Below, in pieces: positions 1 through 9,222 of a DNA stretch of 64,000 bases. Each line of letters opens with the position of its first letter. Position 1 is the first letter of the stretch. The stretch is from positions 169,386-233,385 of the forward strand of contig JADFXT010000001.1 in the NCBI GenBank assembly GCA_015233405.1, written 5' to 3'. Source of the DNA: Candidatus Omnitrophota bacterium (GTDB lineage: Bacteria; Omnitrophota; Gorgyraeia; Zapsychrales; Zapsychraceae). The notes under the pieces were generated by a model, which did no database searches, was not told where the DNA came from, and saw nothing but the letters and a program-made list of their open reading frames with translations. The position numbers and the translations under genes are program-made.

Positions 1-287
1 AAGTCAAAATTGTCGCTGGAGACATGAAGCAAGTGCGTGATATTTATAGTTCCATTAAGTCCATCTACGTTGATTTATCCAAGGCCCCCAACAGTTCCCT
101 CGAAGATTTCAAGAAGAAACTCTCCAAATATCCCGGCAAAGTCCCTGTTTATCTTAAAGTCAATACCAAGACCAATAAAAGCGTTGAAATTGTGGTCGGC
201 CAAGAACTTTTCGTCTCGCCTAATGAAAATTTGATGAACGAAATCAAAGATATCGTCGGAAAAGAAAGCTTGACGGTGGAGTTGTAA
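1..287 (+). CDS. dnaE: DNA polymerase III alpha subunit, C-terminal fragment (5' truncated by window edge)
   Basis: The ORF is open to the window start. The tail pattern (...YPGKVPVYLKV...VEIVVG...) resembles DnaE C-termini. Recollection only. Confidence 0.45.
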   Translation, partial: VKIVAGDMKQVRDIYSSIKSIYVDLSKAPNSSLEDFKKKLSKYPGKVPVYLKVNTKTNKSVEIVVGQELFVSPNENLMNEIKDIVGKESLTVEL

Positions 288-422
288 GGGGTTTCGCCGT
301 AGGATTAGCATGCTTTTGCGCTATCATTAGCAATTGTGCGGTCGCCATTTTCGGTTCGTGTTCAGTTGAATCGACAGATTTATCCAACGGCAGTCAGAAA
401 TCTGCCGGCTTAATTTAATCCC

Positions 423-451
423 TTGACACTGTAAACCGCTGTTGTTACTAT
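423..451 (+). promoter_or_regulatory. sigma70-like promoter (TTGACA, 17 nt spacer, TACTAT) upstream of the HU/IHF gene
   Basis: ttgaca at 423-428, 17-nt spacer, tactat at 446-451, then AGGAGG RBS at 462-467. Confidence 0.4.
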
Positions 452-475
452 AGTTGCAATCAGGAGGTAGGTTAA

Positions 476-748
476 ATGACAAAAAAAGATATTGTCCTAA
501 AGATCACGGATATGACCGGTATTAAACAGGTCGATGTCAAGAAAATCGTCCAGAAGACATTTGATGTGATCGTAGACAGCTTAATGAAGAACGAAAAGGT
601 TGAGCTCAGGAATTTTGGTGTTTTTAAGATCAAAGAACGTCGAGCCCGCTTTGGACGAAATCCCCGAACGGGAGATAGTGTTCCAGTCCCTCCAAGAAGA
701 GTGGTGGTCTTTAAGCCCGGCCTGGAAATGAAGCATAAAATCAAATAA
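476..748 (+). CDS. HU/IHF-family DNA-binding protein
   Basis: 90 aa. It carries the ...FGxFxxxxRxARxGRNPxTGxxxxxPxxxVVxFKPG... beta-arm signature of HU/IHF. Confidence 0.85.
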   Translation: MTKKDIVLKITDMTGIKQVDVKKIVQKTFDVIVDSLMKNEKVELRNFGVFKIKERRARFGRNPRTGDSVPVPPRRVVVFKPGLEMKHKIK

Positions 749-778
749 GTTCTTGAGTATTTTCCTGAAATCCTTGAA

Positions 779-814
779 AAGAGTATTGTCGAGGAGGCAT
801 TACTCTTATTTTTT
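779..814 (+). terminator. putative intrinsic terminator
   Basis: Imperfect hairpin aagagtattg/cattactctt followed by a T-run. Confidence 0.4.
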
Positions 815-848
815 GGAATAATAAAGATATATTAAGATTTATATACAT

Positions 849-2114
849 ATGACAAACAAATATTCCCTTCCCAGAGGCACCGCTGACATCCTTCCGCCGG
901 AAACTATTCTTTGGCAGAACATTGAGCAAAAGGTGCGGAAAGTCCTCGAGAATTATAATTACCGCGAAATCCGTACGCCCGTGTTCGAAGAAACAGCGCT
1001 CTTTAAACGTTCGTTAGGCCAGACCAGCGATGTCGTCAATAAGCAATTGCTGGAACTTGTTTCAACAAAAGAGGAAGGTTTTGCGCTACGGCCTGAAGGT
1101 ACGGCTTCGATCGTCCGTTCGTATATTGAAAATAGTTTAGATAAGAAAGAAAGTCTCTCTAAGCTTTATTATATTGGACCGATGTTTCGCGGTGAGCGTC
1201 CTCAAAAAGGCCGGCTTCGCCAATTTCATCAAATAGGCGTCGAGGCGATTGGACCGGATTCCACGTCGCCATATTTAGACGCGGAGGTGATTCATTTAAG
1301 TCTTTCTATTTTAAAGGCTTTGGGCTTGGGCGAAATAACGCTTAAAATCAATACGTTAGGGACGCCTCAGGATAAGGAAAATTTTTCGAAGCTTTTACGT
1401 AAACAATTAGAAGGAAATATTTCTAAACTGTGCGAAGACTGCCAGTCGCGGTTTGAACGAAATGTGTTTCGCGTGCTGGATTGTAAGAATCGAGATTGTA
1501 AAGAAGTTATCAAAGGCCTTTCGATTGGTACCAGTTATCTTTCGCCGGAAAGTTTAGCATATTATAATCAGGTCAAAGCTGCGTTAACGGCTCTTAATAT
1601 TTCTTACCAGGAATGTCCGGATCTGGTCCGCGGCCTTGATTATTATACGCATACAGTTTTTGAGATCACTTCTGCTGGATTAGGAAGCCAAGATGCCTTG
1701 GGTGCGGGTGGAAGGTATAATAATCTCGTCGAAGAATTGGGCGGATCTAAGGCGGACGCGATCGGATTTGCTTTAGGAATAGAACGGATTATTCTGGCGT
1801 TAGGAGAGAAGCTTACTGCAGAGCTGCAAACATTGGATTGTTTTCTTTTGTCCTTAAGCGACAAGTGTACGTTAAAAGCCTTTGAGACCCTTAAGAGTTT
1901 ACGAGAGGCCAACATCTCCTGCGATATGAATTATCGCTCAGCGTCCATGAAAAGTCTAATGCGCTTGGCTGATAAGTCCCGGGCGGAAAAGGTCTTGATT
2001 TTAGGCGAGGACGAGCTTCAAAAAGGTATTTTTACGGTCAAGAACATGAAGACCGGAGAACAAAGCGAAATCAAAATGGAAAATATTTATCAAGAGATCA
2101 CAAAACGCATCTAA
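849..2114 (+). CDS. hisS: histidyl-tRNA synthetase
   Basis: 421 aa. Class II HisRS motifs are present (RPEGTA, MFRxERPQKGRxRQFHQ, GGRYD/N-like GGRYNNL). Confidence 0.9.
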   Translation: MTNKYSLPRGTADILPPETILWQNIEQKVRKVLENYNYREIRTPVFEETALFKRSLGQTSDVVNKQLLELVSTKEEGFALRPEGTASIVRSYIENSLDKKESLSKLYYIGPMFRGERPQKGRLRQFHQIGVEAIGPDSTSPYLDAEVIHLSLSILKALGLGEITLKINTLGTPQDKENFSKLLRKQLEGNISKLCEDCQSRFERNVFRVLDCKNRDCKEVIKGLSIGTSYLSPESLAYYNQVKAALTALNISYQECPDLVRGLDYYTHTVFEITSAGLGSQDALGAGGRYNNLVEELGGSKADAIGFALGIERIILALGEKLTAELQTLDCFLLSLSDKCTLKAFETLKSLREANISCDMNYRSASMKSLMRLADKSRAEKVLILGEDELQKGIFTVKNMKTGEQSEIKMENIYQEITKRI

Positions 2115-2130
2115 GAAAGGTATTAGACCA

Positions 2131-3534
2131 ATGCTTCGAACACATACTTGCGGGGAATTAAGGAAAGAACAGGGAAATCAAACCGTGACCCTTTGCGGCT
2201 GGGTGGCTGCTCGTCGGGACCATGGCAAACTGATTTTTATCGATATCCGCGACCGGTATGGATTGACACAGGTTGTTTTTATTCCGTCAGTCAGCAAGGC
2301 CGCTCATGATATTGCTCAAACGTTAGGGCCGGAGTTTGTCATTAAGGTCACCGGCAAGGTTTCTATCCGGCCGCCTAAGATGGTCAATCCCGAACTTCCG
2401 ACGGGCGAAGTGGAAGTTTGTGCGGATGCGCTCGAAATTTTAAATCCGAGCCTCGTGCCGGTCTTTGAGATCGACGATAAAGTAGAAGTCTCTGAAGAAC
2501 TTCGTTTGGCGTACCGCTATTTGGATTTACGCCGGCCGAAAGTCGCAGAGGCGTTAAGAGTTCGTCATAAATTATGCGCTACCATTCGGGAATTCCTCAA
2601 TAAAGAAAATTTTATCGAGGTGGAAACGCCGGTCTTGACTAAATCCACGCCAGAAGGTGCACGGGATTTCTTGGTCCCGTCCAGGCTTAATCCGGGGACG
2701 TTTTACGCGCTGCCGCAATCACCGCAACTTTTTAAACAGATTTTGATGGTTTCCGGTTTTGACCGGTATTATCAGATCGTCAAGTGTTTCCGCGACGAGG
2801 ATTTGCGTGCGGACCGCCAACCGGAATTCACCCAGCTTGATATGGAGATGTCCTTCGTCAATGAGGAAGATATTTTTTCTTTGACGGAACGGCTGTATCA
2901 GAAGATCTTTAAAGAAGTGAAGGGCATTGATATTCCGATTCCTTTTCCCAGAATGACTCATCAGGAAGCCATGGCGAAATATAATAGTGACAAACCGGAC
3001 TTACGCAAAGACGGGCAAGAGTATGCTTTTACGTGGGTGGTCGACTTTCCGATGTTTAAATTCAACAAAGAAGAAAACCGTTGGGAAAGTGAGCATCATC
3101 CGTTTACGTCGATGAAAGAGGAAGACTTGCATTATCTTCAGACCGGCGAGTATGACAAAATTTACGCCCGTTCGTATGACCTTGTTTTAAACGGCAGTGA
3201 GCTCGGCAGCGGTTCTATTCGTATTCACAAAAAAGAAATGCAAAAGAAGGTCTTTGAGATCATCGGCCTCGACGCTGAACAGGCGCAGAATCGGTTCGGA
3301 TTTCTTCTTAAGGCTTTTGAATATGGGGCGCCGCCGCATGCTGGCGTTGCATACGGCATTGACAGATTGGTTTCCATTTTAACCGGCGCGGAGTCAATCC
3401 GCGATACGATTGCTTTCCCCAAGACGCAAAAAGGAAGCGATATGATGTCGGAAGCCCCGTCACAAGTGGATCTTAAACAACTTCAGGAATTAGGATTAAT
3501 TTTATCTACAAAAAAAGGAGGCAAAAATGCCTGA
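2131..3534 (+). CDS. aspS: aspartyl-tRNA synthetase, bacterial-type core but lacking the GAD insertion domain
   Basis: 467 aa. Contains LRTHxCGELR, FRDEDLRADRQPEFTQLD, SDKPDLR directly followed by ...VVDFPMF...HHPFT, and GAPPHAG. Confidence 0.85.
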   Translation: MLRTHTCGELRKEQGNQTVTLCGWVAARRDHGKLIFIDIRDRYGLTQVVFIPSVSKAAHDIAQTLGPEFVIKVTGKVSIRPPKMVNPELPTGEVEVCADALEILNPSLVPVFEIDDKVEVSEELRLAYRYLDLRRPKVAEALRVRHKLCATIREFLNKENFIEVETPVLTKSTPEGARDFLVPSRLNPGTFYALPQSPQLFKQILMVSGFDRYYQIVKCFRDEDLRADRQPEFTQLDMEMSFVNEEDIFSLTERLYQKIFKEVKGIDIPIPFPRMTHQEAMAKYNSDKPDLRKDGQEYAFTWVVDFPMFKFNKEENRWESEHHPFTSMKEEDLHYLQTGEYDKIYARSYDLVLNGSELGSGSIRIHKKEMQKKVFEIIGLDAEQAQNRFGFLLKAFEYGAPPHAGVAYGIDRLVSILTGAESIRDTIAFPKTQKGSDMMSEAPSQVDLKQLQELGLILSTKKGGKNA

Positions 3535-4081
3535 AAAATTCATGAAAATGGTAGGGACGATCGCAGGAATTATTCTCATCAGCGGGTGCGCGTCACGCGG
3601 CGTGACGGTGCAAAGTTATTTTGAACAAAAGCCCAGGGTTGACCAAGCCTTGTCGGAAGGGAATCAAGGGTATTTAATGGGAAGCCCATCGGCAGAGCAG
3701 ACGGAGCGTAAGGCCACTCGTGAAATTTTTGTGGTCGAGGTTTCCAAAGAAGCTACGCCTGGAGATGATGTTTATAAAGTCAAACGAGATGCGTCGACGG
3801 AAAATCAGTCAGCAGCGCCATCAGCTTCTGGAAGCTCAAATTTGACCGCGGTTGAAGCAGAGTCGCCTGTTCCTGCGATAACACCCATCGCAACCACTCC
3901 GACGCAAGTAACTTATGAGGCGTATAAAGTGGACAAGGACGACACCTTGCAAAAAATCGCCAAGAAATTTTATAATGATTACAGCAAGTGGCCTAGGATT
4001 TACGAGGCGAATAAGGCTTTGATCAAAAATCCGGACCGCATTCAGCCGGGCATTACGCTTCAGATCCCCGTCGAGAAATAA
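3527..4081 (+). CDS. LysM-domain lipoprotein
   Basis: Lipobox-like ISGC sits near the N-terminus. The C-terminus has a LysM pattern (YKVxKxDTLxKIAKKFY...I..PxxIxPGxxLxIP). Confidence 0.7.
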   Translation: MPEKFMKMVGTIAGIILISGCASRGVTVQSYFEQKPRVDQALSEGNQGYLMGSPSAEQTERKATREIFVVEVSKEATPGDDVYKVKRDASTENQSAAPSASGSSNLTAVEAESPVPAITPIATTPTQVTYEAYKVDKDDTLQKIAKKFYNDYSKWPRIYEANKALIKNPDRIQPGITLQIPVEK

Positions 4082-4124
4082 TTTTTTAGGCCTTTTTTGG
4101 CCGCAGAGGGGGAATGGAAAATCT

Positions 4125-4466
4125 ATGCAGATCATAGTTGAAACCGTAACGAATGAGGCATTAAAAGAAATGACAGCGGCGATGTTTGGGGATTTCGTCA
4201 AGGCTGTTGTTGACGTCGACAGGGAATTGTTGGCGGTGGATGCCGAACTTCACTGTGATCTAGAAGCGCTCCTTTTGGAAAACGGCTCAAAGCAGCAAAG
4301 CCTGTGGGGGATAAATATTTATCCGGAATTAAAAGGCGATCAGTATGTCGAATTTGATTCCATGATCAATATGCGCCCCGCGCAGGGCAATAGAAGCCGC
4401 GGGATTGACGACGAGAAAATACGCGAAAAGATCATCGCGATCGTCCAAAAAAGGGTCCAGCCATGA
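4125..4466 (+). CDS. conserved hypothetical protein (possibly DUF5674-like)
   Basis: 113-aa ORF with a 4-nt ATGA overlap with the next ORF. The family name is from memory only. Confidence 0.4.
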   Translation: MQIIVETVTNEALKEMTAAMFGDFVKAVVDVDRELLAVDAELHCDLEALLLENGSKQQSLWGINIYPELKGDQYVEFDSMINMRPAQGNRSRGIDDEKIREKIIAIVQKRVQP

Positions 4467-4795
4467 GCGTGCAACATAAAGAGCTTGCGGCGGGTCGTTG
4501 GAACGAGCTGCCGTTCGTCGAGCAAATGGCTAATATCGGAAGCGAAGTCGAGCGCGCCATGAATTGGCGGGTGAAACAAAATCTTCCCTACAGCCAAAGG
4601 GCGTTTGAACGCTCCTTGGAGCTTGTCGACTTGACGTTAGACCATACAAAAGAATCGGCTCGCCTTAAAGAGCTTGCTCGTGTGCGTGAGGCGCTGGTCG
4701 ATTATTTTGCCGGAGAAAATCAGTTCCAATCGACAGAAATGGCGTGGAGGAAATATTTTCTGGCGTTTACTTATGCAGCGCGGCGTGGACGATGA
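4463..4795 (+). CDS. conserved hypothetical protein, translationally coupled to the previous ORF
   Basis: 110-aa ORF with start/stop overlap. No recognised motif. Confidence 0.45.
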   Translation: MSVQHKELAAGRWNELPFVEQMANIGSEVERAMNWRVKQNLPYSQRAFERSLELVDLTLDHTKESARLKELARVREALVDYFAGENQFQSTEMAWRKYFLAFTYAARRGR

Positions 4796-4811
4796 TTGAA
4801 TAAATTTGAAT

Positions 4812-4910
4812 GTCATCCCCGCGAAAGCGGGGATCCAGGAAATGTTTTTAAGAATTCGGCTCCCATAAAAGTTTACTGCGTAACTGGATTCCCGCTTGCG
4901 CGGGAATGAC
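4812..4910. repeat. GC-rich hairpin-pair element (MITE-like), copy 1
   Basis: GTCATCCCCGCGAAAGCGGGGATCCAG (4812-4838) and its near reverse complement CTGGATTCCCGCTTGCGCGGGAATGAC (4884-4910). Each end is itself a hairpin. Confidence 0.85.
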
Positions 4911-4920
4911 AACAAGATAG

Positions 4921-5916
4921 ATGATATTGGGAAGATTAGAATTCGGAGTACAAAAACTTATGGAACGAATAATTACTTTTAGCGGAAATCAGGATTTGCA
5001 GATTCTTTTCGGTAAATACGACCAGAATCTTCGGCTCATTGAAAAAGAGCTGAATATCAAGATCATCCGCCACAATACGGGCCTTAAATGTACCGGCGAC
5101 CGGCACAACGTCGATAGGGTTTGCGAGTTGTTTGATTATCTTCAAGGGCTGGTAGCCAACGGCCTTGAGATTAAAAGCCGTGATATTGTCTATGCGTTAA
5201 AATTGGCCCACCCGGAAGAAGGGATTGATTTTAAACGGCTCGCCAAGGATAAGATCGACGTGTCCGTTAAAGGAGTTCTGGTCACGCCCAAGACCAAAGG
5301 CCAGATTGAATATGTCGACGCGATCAAGAAGCATGACATTGTTTTCGGCGTTGGCCCGGCGGGAACAGGAAAAACTTATTTGGCCATGGCCATGGCGGTC
5401 AATGCCATGAAAAAAGGGTTGGTGCGAAGAATCATTCTTACACGCCCTGCGATTGAAGCCGGAGAGAATTTAGGATTTTTGCCCGGCGACATGGTCGAGA
5501 AAGTTTCTCCCTACCTTCGGCCTTTATATGATGCTTTGTACGATATGATGGAAGGCAATAAAGTCGAGGAATATACCGAGCATGGCATTATTGAAGTTGC
5601 GCCCTTGGCATTTATGCGGGGCCGCACGCTCAATGATGCGTTTGTTATTCTGGATGAGGCGCAAAACAGCACTCCATTCCAGATGAAGATGTTCCTAACG
5701 CGATTGGGATTTGACTCCAAGACGGTCATTACCGGCGATCTGACCCAGAGTGATTTGCCTAAAGGCGTCTCTAATGGGCTTCAGCATGCCGAAAAAATTT
5801 TGCAGAATATCGAAGGGATTAAATTTCATTATATGACGGGCGAAGACGTGGTCCGCCACGAACTCGTCCAGAAAATCATTGAAGCTTATGAACACGAAGA
5901 TAAACATACAGGGTAA
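4921..5916 (+). CDS. phoH: PhoH-family ATPase (start uncertain; ATG 4960 is an alternative)
   Basis: Walker A GPAGTGKTYLAMA, and the ILTRPAVEAGExLGFLPGD-type motif is present. Confidence 0.85.
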   Translation: MILGRLEFGVQKLMERIITFSGNQDLQILFGKYDQNLRLIEKELNIKIIRHNTGLKCTGDRHNVDRVCELFDYLQGLVANGLEIKSRDIVYALKLAHPEEGIDFKRLAKDKIDVSVKGVLVTPKTKGQIEYVDAIKKHDIVFGVGPAGTGKTYLAMAMAVNAMKKGLVRRIILTRPAIEAGENLGFLPGDMVEKVSPYLRPLYDALYDMMEGNKVEEYTEHGIIEVAPLAFMRGRTLNDAFVILDEAQNSTPFQMKMFLTRLGFDSKTVITGDLTQSDLPKGVSNGLQHAEKILQNIEGIKFHYMTGEDVVRHELVQKIIEAYEHEDKHTG

Positions 5917-7333
5917 ATTCCCAGAGATCTTAAATGCGGTGGTTTCTGTGCTCGCTTTGGGCGCGGTCTCTGTCTTTTGTTATATGGCTGGGTATTCTTT
6001 GATCATTCCGGTTCTTTTGTTTGCCATCGGTGTACATTTAAATTTCTTTCAGAAAGCCAATATCCGCACCTTTCTTCTTTTGGGATTTCTTTTAGCGATC
6101 CTTCTTTTTATCACCCATGGCATTCAGGTTTATACGACGATCTCGCACTATTATATTCCCGTTGCGGCGTTCATTATGCTGACCATGCTTTTATTTAAAG
6201 ATGTGCAATTGTCTTTTGTCATGGCGTTTGTCTGTAGTGCGGTCGTCAGTCTTATTCTAAGCGGCGGATACGGGATGTTGTTTATCTTTTTTATCGGGAG
6301 TTTGACTGGTGCCTATTTTGTCCGGGAAGCTCGGACCCGCGGGCGGTTGATCACGGCAGGTTTTTTTGTCAGCGTGGTGCATCTGATTTGTTTAGTGCTT
6401 CTCACGCCCCATGAGGCTGTTCTTTCGACAAAAATATTTCTCCACCACATCGTATATCCGTTATTGGCGAATGGCTTTATCTCCATGTTTTTTGTCGCCG
6501 CTACGCTCAAGATCTTTGAGTTTCTTTTTGGCGTCGTCACCAACTATAGCCTTTTGGAATTATCCGATTTTAATCAACCGTTGTTAAAGAGGATGATCCT
6601 GGAAGCGCCGGGGACGTATCACCACAGCCTGGTCGTCAGCAACCTGGCGGAATCGGCGGCAGATGTTATTGGGGCAGATTCTCTTTTGTCCCGTGTAGGC
6701 GCTTATTATCATGATATCGGAAAAATCATGAAGCCTGAATATTTTACCGAGAACCAAGTCCGGGATGTCAACCGACACGATTTTATTGAGCCGACCATCA
6801 GCCGGCTCGTGATCTTTAATCACGTCAAAGAGGGAATTGAACTTGCCCGGAAGAATAATCTTAATCCGGTCATTATTGATTTTATCCTCCAGCATCATGG
6901 GACAAGCTTGATGCATTATTTTTATCAGCGGTCTTTGGAGGCGGCGCATAATGGGGAGGAAGTCAACGAAGAAGAGTTCCGTTATCCCGGCCCGAAGCCG
7001 CAGACGCGTGAGGCGGCGATCGTCATGCTCGCGGACTCCGCGGAAGCCGCGGTCAGGTCTTTAACCGAGGCGAGCCCGGTCAGGATCGAAGAAACTGTTA
7101 AAAAGATCATCAATAATAAATTTATCGACGGACAATTGGATGAATGCCCGTTGACCTTAAAAGAAATTGAGAAAATCTCTTCAACCTTTATCCGCATTCT
7201 AAGTGCGATGTATCATAGCCGCGTGAAGTATCCAGAAAAATCCAATGGAAGTCACAGTCCAAAATCATCAGAAAAAACTAAGTCTCAATTGCCCGCAGAT
7301 TACCAGGAACGCGACCAAGATTCTTCAGCATGA
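5879..7333 (+). CDS. 7TM-HD membrane phosphohydrolase (PgpH/YqfF family), short N-terminus
   Basis: Multiple TM helices are followed by an HD domain (HHSLVVSNLAE...YYHDIGK...HHG). It sits in the conserved phoH-yqfF-ybeY context. Confidence 0.75.
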   Translation: MKLMNTKINIQGKFPEILNAVVSVLALGAVSVFCYMAGYSLIIPVLLFAIGVHLNFFQKANIRTFLLLGFLLAILLFITHGIQVYTTISHYYIPVAAFIMLTMLLFKDVQLSFVMAFVCSAVVSLILSGGYGMLFIFFIGSLTGAYFVREARTRGRLITAGFFVSVVHLICLVLLTPHEAVLSTKIFLHHIVYPLLANGFISMFFVAATLKIFEFLFGVVTNYSLLELSDFNQPLLKRMILEAPGTYHHSLVVSNLAESAADVIGADSLLSRVGAYYHDIGKIMKPEYFTENQVRDVNRHDFIEPTISRLVIFNHVKEGIELARKNNLNPVIIDFILQHHGTSLMHYFYQRSLEAAHNGEEVNEEEFRYPGPKPQTREAAIVMLADSAEAAVRSLTEASPVRIEETVKKIINNKFIDGQLDECPLTLKEIEKISSTFIRILSAMYHSRVKYPEKSNGSHSPKSSEKTKSQLPADYQERDQDSSA

Positions 7334-7718
7334 AGAGCTTGAGCATGCCACGTTAGCTCTTGTTTTTGTGACCGGTCAGAAAATAAGGGCCCTAAACAAA
7401 AAATATCTTCATCAATCCGTGACAACCGATGTTCTGGCTTTTGAGGGCAGTGGGCCTTTGGGAAATGAAAAGCCCGGCGGAAAACGTCCGTGTCTTTATG
7501 GCGATATCATTATTTCCACCGATGCGGTCCTACAAAATAGCCGTATTTACAGGACAACGCCGTCGTATGAACTGACGCTTTATATTGCTCATGGAATTTT
7601 GCATTTGTTAGGATATGACGACCATAAGAAGATAGATATCCAAAAGATGCGCGCGAAGGAAAAAGAAGTCATGGAGTTTTTAGGTCGCGGGGTCAATTTT
7701 TTGTGTCAGGTTCAATGA
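7245..7718 (+). CDS. ybeY: rRNA maturation endoribonuclease YbeY
   Basis: The HGxLHLxGYDH zinc motif is present (HGILHLLGYDDH). Confidence 0.85.
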   Translation: MEVTVQNHQKKLSLNCPQITRNATKILQHEELEHATLALVFVTGQKIRALNKKYLHQSVTTDVLAFEGSGPLGNEKPGGKRPCLYGDIIISTDAVLQNSRIYRTTPSYELTLYIAHGILHLLGYDDHKKIDIQKMRAKEKEVMEFLGRGVNFLCQVQ

Positions 7719-7723
7719 AAAGC

Positions 7724-7880
7724 ACGAATATATAAATCCGAAATTCGAAACAAATTCTAATGGCACAATGTTTCAATAAAATAAAAAATAATTAAGAAGC
7801 AATATTCCCCAAATGTTTACTATCTGGTTTTCGGAATTTCGGGTTTGTTTCGGATTTCGTGTTTTGAGTTTCGGATTTTA
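7724..7880. repeat. AT-rich long imperfect palindrome (CGAAAT/ATTTCG family), copy 1
   Basis: Left arm AAATCCGAAATTCGAAACAAA. Right arm TTTGTTTCGGATTTCG plus further TTTCGGATTT units. Confidence 0.75.
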
Positions 7881-7900
7881 CCGAATAGACAAGCATTCAT

Positions 7901-8632
7901 ATGATCATCAAAACCGAAGCCATTGTTTTAAAAGCATTTGATTACCGTGAGACGAGCCGGATCGCGCGGTTTTTTACGAAAGATTATGGAAAGGTCTCCG
8001 GCGTTTTAAAGGGCATTCGTAAAGACCCCAAAAAATTCGGCAGTCATGTGGACAAATTTTCCGTCAATGACATTGTTTATTATCAATACCGGAACTCCGA
8101 CCTGCATTTGATCAGCCAGTGCGATTTAAAACAGTTCTTTTTCCCTATCCGGCAGGATTATAAACGCAGCCTTGCGGCCAATTATAGCCTGGAACTCGTC
8201 GACGTGATTATGCCGACGGAACAAAAGAACGTTGAGATCTATCAACTGATGCTGGATTATTTCAAGAACCTCGAAACGGTCAAGGACGTGGATAAGCTGG
8301 TCCACATTTTTCAGATCAAAGTGTTATTGGGTTCGGGTTTTCGTCCGCATATTGATTCTTGTGTCCGGTGTGAAAGAAAAGTCCATGACCATGTGCGGTT
8401 CAGTTTAAGTTTAGGCGGGTTGGTTTGCCCGAATTGTCCGACGACGGAAGCACATGTGACCGCCATTTCCCAGGGGACGATCTCTTCGATGCTTCATATT
8501 GAGCAAGGGGACTGGCCGCAGTGCCTGCGCTTGGGCTTGACCGACCTGGTCCGTAAGGAATTGAAATACCTTTTGAATAATTTTTTGGTTTATCATTTAG
8601 GAAAAAGAATTAAAACAGCGAAGTATTTATAA
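7901..8632 (+). CDS. recO: DNA repair protein RecO
   Basis: 243 aa. N-terminal OB pattern (EAIVLKxxDYxExSRI...) and a C-terminal Cys4 zinc motif (CxxC...CPxC). Confidence 0.85.
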   Translation: MIIKTEAIVLKAFDYRETSRIARFFTKDYGKVSGVLKGIRKDPKKFGSHVDKFSVNDIVYYQYRNSDLHLISQCDLKQFFFPIRQDYKRSLAANYSLELVDVIMPTEQKNVEIYQLMLDYFKNLETVKDVDKLVHIFQIKVLLGSGFRPHIDSCVRCERKVHDHVRFSLSLGGLVCPNCPTTEAHVTAISQGTISSMLHIEQGDWPQCLRLGLTDLVRKELKYLLNNFLVYHLGKRIKTAKYL

Positions 8633-8635
8633 AAC

Positions 8636-8734
8636 ACAACCGAGGACGAAACCTGCCTGCCGGCAGGCAGGTGTCCGATGGAGTGGTTGAGGCTCCCCCC
8701 GAAATCAAGGGAGTGATTGAGCATAGGCGAAACC
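8636..8734 (+). repeat. start-codon-proximal leader repeat array A (1 long unit plus 1 degenerate unit) ending ...GGCGAAACC|ATG
   Basis: ACAACCGAGGACGAAAC[CTGCCTGCCGGCAGGCAGG]TGTCCGATGGAGTGGTTGAGG, then a CTCCC...GGGAG hairpin, then TGATTGAGCATAGGCGAAACC. Confidence 0.85.
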
Positions 8735-9178
8735 ATGAAGATCGTAATTCAACGTGTGAAGGAAGCACAAGTCGAAGTGGCCGGAAAACTCGTCGGAAAA
8801 ATAACGACGGGGGCGCTGATTTTCTTGGGCGTGGCCAAAGAAGACGCACTAGCCGACGCGGATTATCTGGTCAGCAAAGTCATTAATTTGCGGATGTTCG
8901 AGGATAAAGACGGGAAGATGAACCTTTCAGGTTTGGAAGTTAACGCTGAATTTCTCGTTGTGTCCCAGTTTACGCTTTACGGCAATTGTGACAAAGGCCG
9001 TCGACCATCTTTTGATGACGCCGCAGACCCGCAAAAAGGCGAGGAATTGTACAATTATTTCGTCGATGCGCTCAAGAAACAGAATGTTAAGGTCGAGACC
9101 GGAGAATTTAGGGCGATGATGGACGTGTCGCTCATTAACGACGGCCCGGTGACGTTTATAATTGAGAGTAGGAAATAG
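8735..9178 (+). CDS. dtd: D-aminoacyl-tRNA deacylase
   Basis: MKIVIQRV... start and SQFTLYG motif. It is 147 aa from ATG 8735. The ORF-track TTG at 8717 lies inside the repeat. Confidence 0.9.
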   Translation: MKIVIQRVKEAQVEVAGKLVGKITTGALIFLGVAKEDALADADYLVSKVINLRMFEDKDGKMNLSGLEVNAEFLVVSQFTLYGNCDKGRRPSFDDAADPQKGEELYNYFVDALKKQNVKVETGEFRAMMDVSLINDGPVTFIIESRK

Positions 9179-9222
9179 AACCGTCCCCATTTTTCTACAT
9201 TTTTCAAAGAAAGGATTTTAAA

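Noticed and set aside
287-420. The intergenic region after dnaE, with a small hairpin (GGCAG-tcagaaat-CTGCC), as a possible sRNA or riboswitch.
   Set aside because: I recognise no conserved motif. The hairpin is short and lacks a T-run. A plain promoter for the HU/IHF gene accounts for the 3' part of this spacer.
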